Position numbers and translations under genes: made by a program. This document shows, piece after piece, positions 35,411 through 46,016 of a DNA stretch of 64,000 nucleotides. Under the pieces are notes generated by a model. That model was not told where the DNA came from, searched no databases, and saw only the letters and a program-made list of their open reading frames with translations. Each line of letters opens with the position of its first letter. Within the stretch, counting starts at the first letter, position 1. Source of the DNA: Fibrella sp. (lineage in GTDB: Bacteria > Bacteroidota > Bacteroidia > Cytophagales > Spirosomataceae); NCBI GenBank assembly GCA_043763995.1, contig JAYUKZ010000066.1, positions 722 to 64,721 on the forward strand, in the 5' to 3' direction.

Positions 35411-37678
35411 ATGACCCCAGCCTCTCAGAAACTACGCGAAGATGCGTTGCACTATCACGCAAAAGGTCGTCCCGGCAAAATAGAAATTACCCCCACCAAA
35501 GAAACCGAAAATCAGCGCGACCTCTCGTTGGCCTACTCGCCGGGCGTGGCCGAACCCTGCCTCGCCATTGCCGACAACCCCGAACGTGCCTACGATTACA
35601 CCGCCAAAGGCAACCTGGTGGCGGTCATCACCAACGGAACCGCCGTGCTGGGGCTGGGTAACATCGGGGCCGTGGCCGCCAAGCCCGTCATGGAAGGCAA
35701 AAGCCTGTTGTTTAAAATCTACGCCGACATCGATGCCTTCGACATTGAACTGGATACCACCAATGTAGACGAGTTCATCCGTACCGTGAAAATCCTGGAA
35801 CCCACCTTCGGCGGGGTCAACCTGGAAGATATTAAGGCTCCCGAATGCTTTGAAATTGAGCGACGGCTGCGGCAGGAACTGAACATTCCGGTCATGCACG
35901 ACGATCAGCACGGCACGGCCATTACGTCGGGCGCGGCGTTGCTCAACGCACTTGAACTGGCTGATAAACAGATCAGTAATCTAAAATTGGTGGTAAACGG
36001 AGCAGGTGCGGCGGCTATTGCCTGTCTGGATTTGTACGTAGACCTGGGCGTGTTACCCGCCAACATCACCGTTTTCGACAAGGACGGGCTGCTCACCACC
36101 GACCGTACCAATCTGGTGGGCAACCAATATAAATACACTACCGACCGCCACCCCATCGGCCACACTCTGGCCGACGCGATGGTGGGGGCCGACGTGTTTT
36201 TGGGCCTCTCGGTGGGGGGCGTGGTGAGTCAGGCCATGATTGCGAGCATGGCTCCCGACCCCATCGTGTTCGCTATGGCCAACCCCAACCCCGAAATTAC
36301 CTATGAAGATGCTACCGCCGTGCGGCCTGATATTATCATGGCCACGGGCCGCTCCGATTTCCCCAATCAGGTCAACAACGTGCTGGGTTTCCCCTACATT
36401 TTCCGGGGGGCACTGGACGTTCGGGCTACTGAGATAAACGAAGCCATGAAACTGGCGGCGGTGCGGGCGTTGGCGCAACTGGCTAAAAAAGCTGTGCCAG
36501 AGGCCGTTAGCCGTAGCTACGGCACCGACGGGCTGAAATTCGGACGTACCTACATCCTGCCCAAACCCACCGACCCTCGCCTGCTCACTACCGTGGCCCC
36601 CGCCGTGGCCAACGCCGCGATGGAGTCGGGGGTGGCGCGGCTGCACATCCGCGATTGGGCCGATTATGACCTGCAATTGGCCCGGCGGCAGGGGCAGGAT
36701 AATTCGTTTATCCGAAATCTGGTGCGGCAGGCGCAACAGGCCCCCAAGCGCGTGGTCTTCACCGATGGCGAGAGCCTGACGGTGCTGCGGGCGGTGGCCG
36801 AAGTGCGCGATCAACAAATGGCCGTGCCCATTTTGCTGGGCAACCCCGACCTGATTCGGGCCACCCTGCGCGAGCAAAACATGGACCTGGGCGACATTCG
36901 AATTATTGACTACCGCGCCGCCCGGCAAGACAACATGCGCGACACCTTTGCCGGGTTGCTGTATGAAAAACGCAAACGAAAGGGCCTCACCCTGCCCGAA
37001 GCCCAGAACCTGATGCGTGACCGCAATTATTTCGGGGCCGTGTTGCTGGAAACTGGCGAGGCCGATGTGCTTATTTCGGGCCTTACCCGCAATTACCCCC
37101 AAACACTGCGGCCCGCCCTTCAGGTGATTGGTCGGCAGGCGGGCACCCGAAAAGTGTCGGGTATGTACGTGTTGTTGTCGCGGTTTGGGCCAATTTTTCT
37201 TTCCGACACCACGGTAAATATCAACCCCAACGCCGCCGAGATTGTGGAGATTACCGAAACCACGGCCCAAGCTGTGCGGCGGTTGGGTATCGAACCGCGC
37301 ATTGCACTACTGTCTTATTCGACCTTCGGCAGTGCCACTGGCGACGATGCGGTGAAGATGCAGGAGGCCACCGCCATTTTGCAGGCCCGCCACCCCGATT
37401 GGGTCATCGACGGCGAAATGCAGGCGCATTTGCCCTTTAATCAGGAGTTGATGCGTGAGTCGTATGGCTTTTCGCCCTTAGCCGAACAGCCCGCCAACGT
37501 GCTGATTTTTCCGAGTTTAGCGGCTTCTAACATTGCCTATAATTTGCTGAAAGAAATTGGCCGGATCGAAAAAATTGGCCCCGTGCTGATGGGCTTGCGC
37601 AAGCCCGTCCACGTCTTGCAACTGGGCAGTACCGTGCGCGAGGTGGTGAATATGGTGGCCATTGCCGTGGCCGACTAG
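35411..37678 (+). CDS. maeB: NADP-dependent malic enzyme with PTA-like domain
   Basis: [73 protein letters not shown]. Confidence 0.96.
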   Translation: MTPASQKLREDALHYHAKGRPGKIEITPTKETENQRDLSLAYSPGVAEPCLAIADNPERAYDYTAKGNLVAVITNGTAVLGLGNIGAVAAKPVMEGKSLLFKIYADIDAFDIELDTTNVDEFIRTVKILEPTFGGVNLEDIKAPECFEIERRLRQELNIPVMHDDQHGTAITSGAALLNALELADKQISNLKLVVNGAGAAAIACLDLYVDLGVLPANITVFDKDGLLTTDRTNLVGNQYKYTTDRHPIGHTLADAMVGADVFLGLSVGGVVSQAMIASMAPDPIVFAMANPNPEITYEDATAVRPDIIMATGRSDFPNQVNNVLGFPYIFRGALDVRATEINEAMKLAAVRALAQLAKKAVPEAVSRSYGTDGLKFGRTYILPKPTDPRLLTTVAPAVANAAMESGVARLHIRDWADYDLQLARRQGQDNSFIRNLVRQAQQAPKRVVFTDGESLTVLRAVAEVRDQQMAVPILLGNPDLIRATLREQNMDLGDIRIIDYRAARQDNMRDTFAGLLYEKRKRKGLTLPEAQNLMRDRNYFGAVLLETGEADVLISGLTRNYPQTLRPALQVIGRQAGTRKVSGMYVLLSRFGPIFLSDTTVNINPNAAEIVEITETTAQAVRRLGIEPRIALLSYSTFGSATGDDAVKMQEATAILQARHPDWVIDGEMQAHLPFNQELMRESYGFSPLAEQPANVLIFPSLAASNIAYNLLKEIGRIEKIGPVLMGLRKPVHVLQLGSTVREVVNMVAIAVAD

Positions 37679-37691
37679 GCCGGGGGCAAAA

Positions 37692-37721
37692 GAAAAAGCC
37701 GGGTCATTGACCCGGCTTTTT
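37692..37721. terminator. Bidirectional Rho-independent terminator
   Basis: aaaaagccgggtca-t-tgacccggcttttt between convergent genes. Confidence 0.85.
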
Positions 37722-37795
37722 GCTGACTATTCCTAAACCCTTAACCTTTTCTACTTCAAAAACTAACTAAAATGGTTTCTTGTTCCAAAAACCAA

Positions 37796-38251
37796 CTAAT
37801 TAAGTAGGTTTTTCACTGGCTCATTCTCAGTCACTTGCGCTTCATCGGGGGCAATGGCCCAGAAGTAGCTGATGACCCGAACGGTGTTTTCGACTTGATT
37901 AGCCCAAAGGCTGGCATCGCTGTCTTTCCGTTTGCCCAGTTGCTTCATCACTACAGACGAAGCAACCTTAAAATTGTCACGTTGGGCGGCGGTAAGGCCA
38001 AGCACCGAAACCGGGTTTTGGCTGTACATCGTCACCACGTCCATGTAGGTTTGCCAAGTTGATTGGCGGGTCAGGCGGCTCATTTTCTGGTCAGCGTAGT
38101 GGCTGAACATTATTTCTGAACCGTTGACCAACATTGTTCCGGTTGGTGTGTTGGCAACCGAGCTATCATCAGTAATGGTGGTAGCCGTGTTGGCCGATGC
38201 GGTGATGCTTAGTCCAAGAATCAACGACGCGAAGATAACAGGCATTTTCAT
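37796..38251 (-). CDS. Hypothetical exported protein
   Basis: Signal peptide MKMPVIFASLILGLSITASA; no motif recognised. Confidence 0.7.
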   Translation of the reverse strand: MKMPVIFASLILGLSITASANTATTITDDSSVANTPTGTMLVNGSEIMFSHYADQKMSRLTRQSTWQTYMDVVTMYSQNPVSVLGLTAAQRDNFKVASSVVMKQLGKRKDSDASLWANQVENTVRVISYFWAIAPDEAQVTENEPVKNLLN

Positions 38252-38491
38252 TGTTTTATTCTATTTTGTGTTCATATAAAGAACGCCCTTGACCACCAGT
38301 TAGTTTATGATATTCAACGTACCTGTAGGGCAGTATCAGAATATTCGATGGAGATTATCTACTGTTTTTCATTATATAACAGTATTTACGTCTATAAATC
38401 GATAGTGAGCAGAATAATCATTGGCTTCTCCATGCAAGTAGCTACTAACTACTATTCACGGAACTAGTTAAAGATTCTTTAAAAAATTATA

Positions 38492-39052
38492 TCATTGGTT
38501 GTAATTATTCATGGCCTGTTGTATGCCCATAGTACAAAAACTGATTGCGGCGTTTCCGGCCCGGTCCAGCAGGTCGGGAAGCTGAATCAGCTCGTCTTCT
38601 GGGAATTGGCCCAGCACAAAATCGACCTGCCGCCCACGGGAAAAATCGTTGCCGATACCAATTCTGAGGCGGGCGTATTCTTGGGTAGTCAGCACCTCGT
38701 CTATGCTGCGCAGACCGTTGTGCCCCCCCGCCGAGCCTTTGGGTTTCAGGCGTAGTTTGCCAAAGGGCAGGTCTTTGTCGTCGGTCAGAACCAACAGCCT
38801 ATCGGGCGTAATTTTTTCCAGTTTCAGGTAGTGCGCCACGGCTTTGCCGCTCAAATTCATGAACGTGGTGGGTTTAACGAACACCAGCCGGTGGCCTTTG
38901 TGGTTCCAGGTGGCGGTGTAGGCCAATCGGTTCAGGCTAAAGGAAAAACCGTATTGCGCCGCTAGTCGATCCAGCACCATGAACCCGGCATTGTGGCGGG
39001 TGAGGGCATATTCGGGGCCGATGTTGCCCAGACCTACAACTAAAAAACTCAT
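38492..39052 (-). CDS. pth: Peptidyl-tRNA hydrolase
   Basis: LVVGLGNIG.EY..TRHNAGF, KPTTFMNLSG, GGHNGL, RLRIGIG. Confidence 0.96.
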   Translation of the reverse strand: MSFLVVGLGNIGPEYALTRHNAGFMVLDRLAAQYGFSFSLNRLAYTATWNHKGHRLVFVKPTTFMNLSGKAVAHYLKLEKITPDRLLVLTDDKDLPFGKLRLKPKGSAGGHNGLRSIDEVLTTQEYARLRIGIGNDFSRGRQVDFVLGQFPEDELIQLPDLLDRAGNAAISFCTMGIQQAMNNYNQ

Positions 39053-39151
39053 GGGGGATAGACGGAAAAATGGGGAGATTGATTGCGCCGCAAAGGTCAG
39101 AAAAATGGGTGAGTGAACCCGAAAAATCACTGGGGTAGTCTACTTTTGGGT

Positions 39152-39712
39152 ATGAATCAGAAACGCCTTGTGTTGGCCAGCCCCCTGCTGGAACTGGTAA
39201 TTAGCCGCCTGAGCCAGGAGTTGATCGAAAACCATACCGATTTTGCCCAGTCGGTGGTGTTGGGCCTTCAACCCCGTGGCATCTATTTCGCCGAACGCCT
39301 GGTACGTCAGCTAAACCAAACGCTAGCCCAGACCGCGCCCGGCCTTAGTGTACCCTTGGGCTACCTGGATGCTACCTTCTACCGCGACGATTTCCGCCGC
39401 CGCGACTCGCCCCTGAAGCCCAACACCACCCACGTGCCTTTTCTGCTGGAAGACAAACGCGTTATTCTCGTAGACGACGTGATGGCCACAGGCCGCATGG
39501 TTCGGGCCGCGCTCGATGCAATGGCCGCGTTTGGCCGACCCCGGAAGGTTGAACTGCTGGTACTCATTGACCGGATGTATAACCGCGATCTGCCCATCAA
39601 ACCTGATTACGTGGGACAGCGCGTCCATACCCTCGACACGCAGCGGGTGCTGGTAGAATGGACCGAACAGGGGGCCGACCAAGACCGGATTTGGCTCGTT
39701 GACCCCCAATGA
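39152..39712 (+). CDS. pyrR: PyrR bifunctional regulator / uracil phosphoribosyltransferase
   Basis: LGLQPRGI, LDATFYRDD, VILVDDVMATGR.VRAALDA, LIDR...RDLPIKPDYVG. Confidence 0.92.
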   Translation: MNQKRLVLASPLLELVISRLSQELIENHTDFAQSVVLGLQPRGIYFAERLVRQLNQTLAQTAPGLSVPLGYLDATFYRDDFRRRDSPLKPNTTHVPFLLEDKRVILVDDVMATGRMVRAALDAMAAFGRPRKVELLVLIDRMYNRDLPIKPDYVGQRVHTLDTQRVLVEWTEQGADQDRIWLVDPQ

Positions 39713-39788
39713 TACGTACCTGACCTTAATTTGCAACCTTATTGCATAAACGCTGGTTAGATGTCTAAGTCCAGCCGCATACCCGTTT

Positions 39789-40178
39789 ATGAACGTACAG
39801 ACCTTCAAGAAAAAAGCAGATTATATTGGCATTGCGGGCAGTGTGCTATGCCTGGTGCATTGTTTGGCTGCTCCGTTGCTGGTTATGACCTCCACGCTGC
39901 TTCGGGACGACACGTTACGGACGAGTTTTTTGGGGCTGGATTATGTCTTTATCGGAGTGAATATTGTGGCTGTATATTTTGCTACCCGCCACGCGGCTTC
40001 GTCCGGCATTCGGTTGGCTCTGTGGGGCTTCCTGCTGTTGTTTGCCACGGGTTTGCTGCTGGAAGATGCTGGCCCTGCGTTTCAATATCTGGCCTACGCC
40101 GCCTCTGCCGGGCTGGTAGGTTCGCACCTGCTGAATTTGCGCCGACACCATGCCCAACGTCTGCGTAACGCGCATTAG
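39789..40178 (+). CDS. MerC-domain membrane protein
   Basis: DYIGIAGSVLCLVHCL, four TM segments, SHLLN. Confidence 0.8.
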   Translation: MNVQTFKKKADYIGIAGSVLCLVHCLAAPLLVMTSTLLRDDTLRTSFLGLDYVFIGVNIVAVYFATRHAASSGIRLALWGFLLLFATGLLLEDAGPAFQYLAYAASAGLVGSHLLNLRRHHAQRLRNAH

Positions 40179-40420
40179 GCTTTCTGTCTGGCTTTCATCA
40201 GCGAAGCCACGGCAATGAGCACCCACACTACGTTGACCAGAGCCGAGGGGTAGGCACCGTGATAGTAGGTGTTGACCACGAAAAAAAGTCCGCCCACGAG
40301 GTTGGCCCATACGTACCTGGGGTCGTCGGCGCGGAGTTTGCCCTGAATATTCAGAAAATAGGCCCCTACAATCAGTACGGAGGCAATCCAGCCCAGGCCC
40401 TCAATCAGGTAGTGTAGCAT
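40175..40420 (-). CDS. Small membrane protein (CBU_0592-like)
   Basis: GWIASVLIVGAY, ANLVG, YPSALVNVVW. Confidence 0.75.
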   Translation of the reverse strand: MLHYLIEGLGWIASVLIVGAYFLNIQGKLRADDPRYVWANLVGGLFFVVNTYYHGAYPSALVNVVWVLIAVASLMKARQKA

Positions 40421-40421
40421 T

Positions 40422-41909
40422 TCAAAGGTTGGTTATCAAGTTCAGAAGCCAGTTGGGGTACACGAACAACCCCACCACGGGCGGCACCACCAGCCCCAGT
40501 ACCAGCCATTGTGCCGCTGTGAGTGACACCGGCGCAGGAATCAGGTTGGCCGGTACGGGTCTGAAAAACAGCAGGAACGGAATGCGCAGGTAATAAACCA
40601 GCGACACCACTACGTTGGCCAGCCCCAGCCCAAACAACCACAGTAGCCAGGGGTTGCCCGACGTTTGGTAGGCCGTGAACAAGGCCGTGAACGACAGCAG
40701 TTTAGCCGTGAAACCAATGGTGGGGGGGAGGCCGGTGAGGGCCAGGGCTACTACCGTGAGGCTAACGCCCAACAGGGGTGCCGCCGCCCCTTGTCCCGCA
40801 AAATCAGCGATGCGGAGCGAGCCGGTTGGGGCCAGTGCATCGATGAGGAAAAAAGCCGCCAACGAAATGAACAGGTACGTTATAACGTAGAAAAACGCCG
40901 CCTGAAAACCCGCCTCGGTCAGGGCCACCACGCCCACCAACAGAAAACCCGCCTGCGCAATGGCCGAATACGCCAGCATCCGTTTGGCATCCGTTTGGCG
41001 TAACGCTGAGAGGTTGCCCAGCAAAATTCCCGCCAGGGCCACCACCGCCAACGGCGTTTGCACCACCACCAGCACCCCCCCGCTCAGCGACGTTTGTAAC
41101 AACCGCAACAGCACCAACAACGCCGCCGCTTTTGGCCCCACGGAGAAGAATGCGGCCACGGGCATAGGCGCGGCCTCGTAGGCATCGGGAGTCCAGACGT
41201 GGAACGGCACCGCCGACAGTTTGAAAAAAACGCCCACCAGCGTTAGCAGCAGGGCCACCACAAACAGCCCATTTTGCTGCTCGAGGGCAGTTGTGAACAG
41301 GGGGCTGGTGAGGTCTAGGGTTGTGGTGAGGCCGTAGAGCAACGACATTCCGTAGAGCATGATGGCCGAACTTACGGCCCCAAACAGCAAGTATTTCAAG
41401 CCCCCCTCGGCGGCGGGGCGGTCGGCCACCAGCCCGGCCAAAAGGTATGAACTAAGCGAAACCAGTTCGAGGCTGAGGTAGATGGCGAGCAAGTTTACGG
41501 CCATGGTGAGCAGAAATAGTCCCAGCACCAACGCCAGCAAAAGTGCATACCATTCGGTGGGCAGGGTGCGCTTCTGGCCGCCTCCGGGTTGGTGGCCAGT
41601 CTCCCAAAGCACCACGCAAAAAGCCCCAAACGCCACCGTAGCTTTCATCAGAATGGCCTGATTATCCAGAAAAAGCAGTTTCAGGGTCAGCTCACCCCGG
41701 TACGTTTCCTGAATGGCCAGCCCCCCCGCCACTAGCAAACTGCCTGCCGTGAGGGCCGTGAGCCAGGTACGTGTAGTGGCGGGGTTAGGGTGCCGCAAGA
41801 GCACAATCTCGGCCAGGAGTAGCCCACAGAACGTCACTGCCAGAAACCCCTCGGCGGTGAGGCCGTCGAGACTGTCGAGAAGAGCCTGAAGTTGCTGGGT
41901 GAGGGGCAA
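40422..41909 (-). CDS. nuoN: NADH-quinone oxidoreductase subunit N (stand-alone)
   Basis: LELVSLSSY, EGGLKYLLFGA, FKLSAVPFHVWTPDAYE, KRMLAYS, GLPPTIGFTAK. Confidence 0.93.
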   Translation of the reverse strand: MPLTQQLQALLDSLDGLTAEGFLAVTFCGLLLAEIVLLRHPNPATTRTWLTALTAGSLLVAGGLAIQETYRGELTLKLLFLDNQAILMKATVAFGAFCVVLWETGHQPGGGQKRTLPTEWYALLLALVLGLFLLTMAVNLLAIYLSLELVSLSSYLLAGLVADRPAAEGGLKYLLFGAVSSAIMLYGMSLLYGLTTTLDLTSPLFTTALEQQNGLFVVALLLTLVGVFFKLSAVPFHVWTPDAYEAAPMPVAAFFSVGPKAAALLVLLRLLQTSLSGGVLVVVQTPLAVVALAGILLGNLSALRQTDAKRMLAYSAIAQAGFLLVGVVALTEAGFQAAFFYVITYLFISLAAFFLIDALAPTGSLRIADFAGQGAAAPLLGVSLTVVALALTGLPPTIGFTAKLLSFTALFTAYQTSGNPWLLWLFGLGLANVVVSLVYYLRIPFLLFFRPVPANLIPAPVSLTAAQWLVLGLVVPPVVGLFVYPNWLLNLITNL

Positions 41910-41950
41910 AAGGCAGGTTGACTGTTAGGGAATGAGCCGGATGGTATATA

Positions 41951-42769
41951 CTAGGATACGCTTTCGCTTTTGGCTTGATTCTCGTACCCGCGCATGTGTA
42001 CTGGTTTGAAGTTTTTGCGCAGTTTCATATTCAAAAATTCAACCAGGAGCGAGAAGGCAATGGCAAAATACAGGTACCCTTTTGGCACTACCCCAATGGG
42101 CGATTTGAAGAACACGACCTCCGATAGGTGCGCCCCTTCGGCGACGAGCATGAAACCAATCATGATCAGAAACGCCAGCCCAAGCATTTGAATACTAGGG
42201 TGTTCGTTCACAAACCGGCCCACCGGCCCGGCGAAGAACATCATGATCAGCACCGAAAAAACTACCGCAATAATCATCACCGTCACGTTTTGGGTCAGGC
42301 CCACGGCGGTCAGGATCGAGTCGATGGAGAACACAATGTTGATAATGGCAATTTGTGTCACCACGCTGGAGATAGTGGCTTTCCCGGTTTTTTGCCCTTG
42401 CTCGCTTTCCTCGGCATTGGGGTCGCCTTCCAATTTGTGGTGAATTTCGGAGGTGGCTTTGTAGAGCAGAAACAGACCGCCCACCACCAGAATTACCCCC
42501 TGCCCGGTGGGCGCAGCCACCAGCCACCCCGTGTCGATATGGGCAAAGGGCTTGCTGAGCGAGATCAGCACGGAGATGCCAAAGAGCAGACCCACCCGGA
42601 ACGCCATGGCCAGCACCAGCCCGATGTTACGGGCTTTAGGTTGGTCGGTGGGGGCAAGTTTATTGGCAGCAATGGAAATGAAAATGATGTTATCAATCCC
42701 CAGCACGATTTCCAGGAACGTGAGGGTAAGCAAACTGATAATGGCTTCAGCCGTAAATAATTGATCCAT
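41951..42769 (-). CDS. TerC-family membrane protein
   Basis: LEIVLGIDNIIFI, FSIDSILTAVG, HPSIQMLGLAFL, KGYLYFAIAFS. Confidence 0.92.
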   Translation of the reverse strand: MDQLFTAEAIISLLTLTFLEIVLGIDNIIFISIAANKLAPTDQPKARNIGLVLAMAFRVGLLFGISVLISLSKPFAHIDTGWLVAAPTGQGVILVVGGLFLLYKATSEIHHKLEGDPNAEESEQGQKTGKATISSVVTQIAIINIVFSIDSILTAVGLTQNVTVMIIAVVFSVLIMMFFAGPVGRFVNEHPSIQMLGLAFLIMIGFMLVAEGAHLSEVVFFKSPIGVVPKGYLYFAIAFSLLVEFLNMKLRKNFKPVHMRGYENQAKSESVS

Positions 42770-43011
42770 GAGTTTGTTTGTAAATGTAGCTGGTTGGAAG
42801 TCAAAGTACCGAAAAGCAAAAATACCGGTCGCCGTGTCGCCATGCAACATAAACCAACGTATGAACCACTGGCCAACTAAAAGGTTTGCTCATGGCAACG
42901 TACCTGGCCGGCAGAAAAAAGCCGACAAACGGGAGTGATTTCGTCCAGCCGATAGCCCTGACGACAAGCAAAAAACGCGTGACATCACCTAACGCGCTCC
43001 AATCGGTTAAC

Positions 43012-43290
43012 CTATTTGTATACCTTGTCTTTTACCAATCGGATGTCGTTGAGTTCGGGCAAAATCTCCACACAATCGGCAGGAATAATACCCCGGTTAA
43101 TCCAGGTAGTTACCTGCTGAGTTGTCAGGTCGTATTTTTTTGCGTAGTTGGTGATGGTCATCCACGGCCCCAGATCAATGGTAAGGCCCATTCGCTGCAC
43201 CTCGGCAATACTGGCATCAGATTCTGTTTTGAACTGACGAAGAGCACCACCCAAATCGTTCAAATCGGGAACAGGTTGATTCGTTTTCAT
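43012..43290 (-). CDS. Small HTH-like protein of unknown function
   Basis: 92 aa; WMTITNYAKKYDLTTQQVTTWINRG resembles a MerR/excisionase-type HTH. Confidence 0.7.
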   Translation of the reverse strand: MKTNQPVPDLNDLGGALRQFKTESDASIAEVQRMGLTIDLGPWMTITNYAKKYDLTTQQVTTWINRGIIPADCVEILPELNDIRLVKDKVYK

Positions 43291-43357
43291 ATTAGTTGTA
43301 GAGAGTTAGCAGGTTGAAAAAAGAAGTACCTACCCGCAATGTTCTGAATGATAGCGG

Positions 43358-43546
43358 TTAAATATCATCGGGAATTTCTTTGTTGAGTGCTTCAACAATC
43401 CGTTTGTGATGCACGTAACGACGTAACCATTCTTCAAGCTCACCTCGCTTGTCAAGTTCAGCATAATGTGTGTCCAGAATGTGTTTGGCGTAATCACGCT
43501 GCGCGATGTGCGTGCGGGTCATCGCAACAATCTGGTCAAGGGTCAT
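43358..43546 (-). CDS. 62-aa helical protein, first gene of a two-gene cassette
   Basis: MTLDQIVAMTRTHIAQRDYAKHILDTHYAELDKRGELEEWLRRYVHHKRIVEALNKEIPDDI*; ATG at 43546. Confidence 0.6.
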   Translation of the reverse strand: MTLDQIVAMTRTHIAQRDYAKHILDTHYAELDKRGELEEWLRRYVHHKRIVEALNKEIPDDI

Positions 43547-43624
43547 GCTTGAGGCGACTGAAAGATAGATTAAAGGTATGTTTTGTATCGTTACGAAACA
43601 AGTTGCCGGATATTCTTCTTCACA

Positions 43625-43661
43625 CAAAAAAGCCCCGTCAACGCAGCGACGGGGCTTTTTT
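43625..43661. terminator. Rho-independent terminator after rpmA
   Basis: aaaaaagccccgtc-aacgcagc-gacggggctttttt. Confidence 0.85.
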
Positions 43662-43684
43662 GTGCCCAATGAGGCAAGTAACTA

Positions 43685-43984
43685 CTAAGCGGCAACAGCA
43701 ACGGGGGCAACCTCGGCCACAACGGGGGCCGTTGCGGGTACAATGTTTACCATCGACCGGTCGGCCCGGCCTTTGGAGAACAACACTGTGCCATCGATAA
43801 GGGCAAACAGGGTATGGTCTTTGCCAATACCCACGTTTTTGCCGGGGTGGTGCTTGGTGCCCCGCTGCCGGATAATGATGTTGCCGGCAATGGCTTTTTC
43901 ACCGCCGAATAATTTCACGCCCAGCCGTTTGCTGATGCTGTCGCGGCCGTTCCTCGAACTACCAACGCCTTTCTTGTGTGCCAT
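43685..43984 (-). CDS. rpmA: 50S ribosomal protein L27 (with Ala/Val/Pro tail)
   Basis: [30 protein letters not shown]. Confidence 0.98.
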   Translation of the reverse strand: MAHKKGVGSSRNGRDSISKRLGVKLFGGEKAIAGNIIIRQRGTKHHPGKNVGIGKDHTLFALIDGTVLFSKGRADRSMVNIVPATAPVVAEVAPVAVAA

Positions 43985-43999
43985 ATATTCAGAACTGAT

Positions 44000-44317
44000 T
44001 TAGAGAGTGATATCGTTGATTTGCACTTTGGTCAGGTACTGCCGGTGGCCGTTTTTCTTTTTGTAGCCTTTGCGCCGTTTCTTTTTGAAGACGATTACCT
44101 TCTCGCCTTTCAGGTGTTCCAGAATGGTAGCCGACACCGCTGCGCCCGCCACTGTGGGGGCACCAATGGTAATCGCACCTTCGTTGTCGACCAGGAGAAC
44201 CTTCACCTGATCGGAGGCAAGTGCAGCGTCCACCTCACCACCCAGCCTGTGGGTATAAATGAAGCGGCCCTTCTCGACTTTAAATTGCTGCCCTGCTATC
44301 TCTACGATTGCGTACAT
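44000..44317 (-). CDS. rplU: 50S ribosomal protein L21
   Basis: MYAIVEIAGQQFKV, FKKKRRKGYKKKNGHRQ. Confidence 0.98.
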   Translation of the reverse strand: MYAIVEIAGQQFKVEKGRFIYTHRLGGEVDAALASDQVKVLLVDNEGAITIGAPTVAGAAVSATILEHLKGEKVIVFKKKRRKGYKKKNGHRQYLTKVQINDITL

Positions 44318-44345
44318 GATTGTATGTTTATTGAAAATGAGGGTG

Positions 44346-44353
44346 CAAAGGTA
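44346..44353 (-). promoter_or_regulatory. -7 promoter element of rplU-rpmA
   Basis: TACCTTTG on the minus strand, 28 nt upstream of the ATG. Confidence 0.65.
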
Positions 44354-44426
44354 GGAAATTGATCCAAGTTGTCAAAACCAAAGCTATTGCCCATTTTTAT
44401 ACGTACCTGCGGGCCTGTACACCGGC

Positions 44427-45023
44427 TCAGCGCAGGGGCGGTTGCTCGCGTTGGCGTTGGGCGCGGCCAAAACTGAGCAGGGCCAAAGCAACCAGGTAGT
44501 GGTAAGCATCCAGCGGGTGGAGGGGCAGAACAAGATTTTGCATTTTGGTCGAAAACGCCAGTAACAACACGCCCACCACTAGCCAAACCGCCCACCGTTG
44601 GCGGCGCAACAGGGCCAATACCGCCAGCAGCATAACCGTCAGGATGCCCAACGCCGACACCACGGGCGCAAACACGGCCAACTGCGGCCAGATCAGGGCC
44701 ACAAACAGCACCACGCCCAGCCCCAGCGCAAGGCCAAATTGCCTGGCGGTAGCGGGCCGGTTCAGCACCGTGGCGCGGGTAGCCATCACCACCGCCACAA
44801 CCCCCAAACTACCCGCCAATAGTGTTAAAGACTGATGAAGAGGTTCTAAAACAAGTAGACCTGCGAAGCTGAAAACCCCTGCCAGCGCGGCCAATGCAAT
44901 GGTCAGGAAGAAAAACCCCCATAGCAAGCGGTCGTAAAAAGGGGTTCGGCCAAAGGCCGTGCTGAAGACCCAAACGGCAGTGGCGGCCAGCACACCATCG
45001 GAGAGCATATGCGAAAGAATCAT
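44427..45023 (-). CDS. Multi-TM membrane protein (DUF6962-like)
   Basis: SHMLSD, AGVFSFAG, LDAYHYLVA; ~6-7 TM segments (family from memory). Confidence 0.65.
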   Translation of the reverse strand: MILSHMLSDGVLAATAVWVFSTAFGRTPFYDRLLWGFFFLTIALAALAGVFSFAGLLVLEPLHQSLTLLAGSLGVVAVVMATRATVLNRPATARQFGLALGLGVVLFVALIWPQLAVFAPVVSALGILTVMLLAVLALLRRQRWAVWLVVGVLLLAFSTKMQNLVLPLHPLDAYHYLVALALLSFGRAQRQREQPPLR

Positions 45024-45115
45024 GACGGAAGGTACCGTTTTTCAGTCTACTTTTGCCCCATTGTTTCCCCAAATACCCGTCAGCGTCCGGGTAATGCCAA
45101 CGATCTCCCAACAGC

Positions 45116-45991
45116 ATGAGCGTACTAGTTAATAAAGACTCGAAAATCATTGTCCAGGGCTTTACCGGCTCGGAGGGTAGTTTCCACGCCCAGCAAATGA
45201 TCGACTACGGCACCAACGTGGTGGGTGGCGTTACTCCCGGAAAAGGCGGCCAAACCCACCTCGACCGGCCCGTTTTCAACACCGTGCAGGAGGCCGTTCA
45301 GCAAGCCGGTGCCGACACGTCGATCATTTTTGTGCCACCCGCTTTTGCCGCCGATGCCATCATGGAAGCCGCCGACGCGGGCATAAAAGTTATTATCTGC
45401 ATCACAGAGGGCATTCCTACCGAAGATATGGTGGCCGTGAAAGCCTATTTGTCGGGTCGGACGGTGCGCCTCATCGGGCCAAATTGCCCCGGTGTTATGA
45501 CCGCCGGGGAATGTAAGGTGGGCATTATGCCCGCGTTTATTTTTCAGAAAGGCAAAGTCGGCATCGTGTCGAAGTCAGGTACGTTGACCTACGAAGCTGT
45601 TGACCAGTTGACTAAAGCCGGTTTGGGCCAAACCACGGCCATTGGTATTGGCGGCGATCCTATTATTGGCACTACCACCAAAGAGGCGGTCGAGTTGCTG
45701 ATGAACGACCCTGAAACGGAAGCCATTGTGATGATTGGCGAAATTGGCGGAGGTATGGAAGCCGAAGCCGCCCGCTGGATTCGGGCCGACGGCAACCGCA
45801 AGCCGGTGGTAGGGTTCATTGCCGGTCAAACCGCCCCCAAAGGTCGCCGGATGGGTCATGCCGGGGCCATTGTGGGTGGTGCCGACGACACCGCCGCCGC
45901 CAAAATGGCCATCATGCGCGAGTGTGGTATTCATGTGGTCGAATCGCCGGCGCAGATTGGCGAAACCATGCTGAAAGCATTGGGTCACTAA
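45116..45991 (+). CDS. sucD: Succinyl-CoA synthetase alpha subunit
   Basis: [49 protein letters not shown]. Confidence 0.98.
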   Translation: MSVLVNKDSKIIVQGFTGSEGSFHAQQMIDYGTNVVGGVTPGKGGQTHLDRPVFNTVQEAVQQAGADTSIIFVPPAFAADAIMEAADAGIKVIICITEGIPTEDMVAVKAYLSGRTVRLIGPNCPGVMTAGECKVGIMPAFIFQKGKVGIVSKSGTLTYEAVDQLTKAGLGQTTAIGIGGDPIIGTTTKEAVELLMNDPETEAIVMIGEIGGGMEAEAARWIRADGNRKPVVGFIAGQTAPKGRRMGHAGAIVGGADDTAAAKMAIMRECGIHVVESPAQIGETMLKALGH

Positions 45992-46016
45992 ACCTGACTT
46001 TGTAGCCCGCAAGCGA

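Noticed and set aside
36053-37270. 405-aa minus-strand ORF
   Set aside because: Antisense shadow of maeB, expected in GC-rich coding DNA.
39152-39712. PyrR attenuator or pyr operon
   Set aside because: No pyr genes follow and no PyrR binding loop or antiterminator was recognised.
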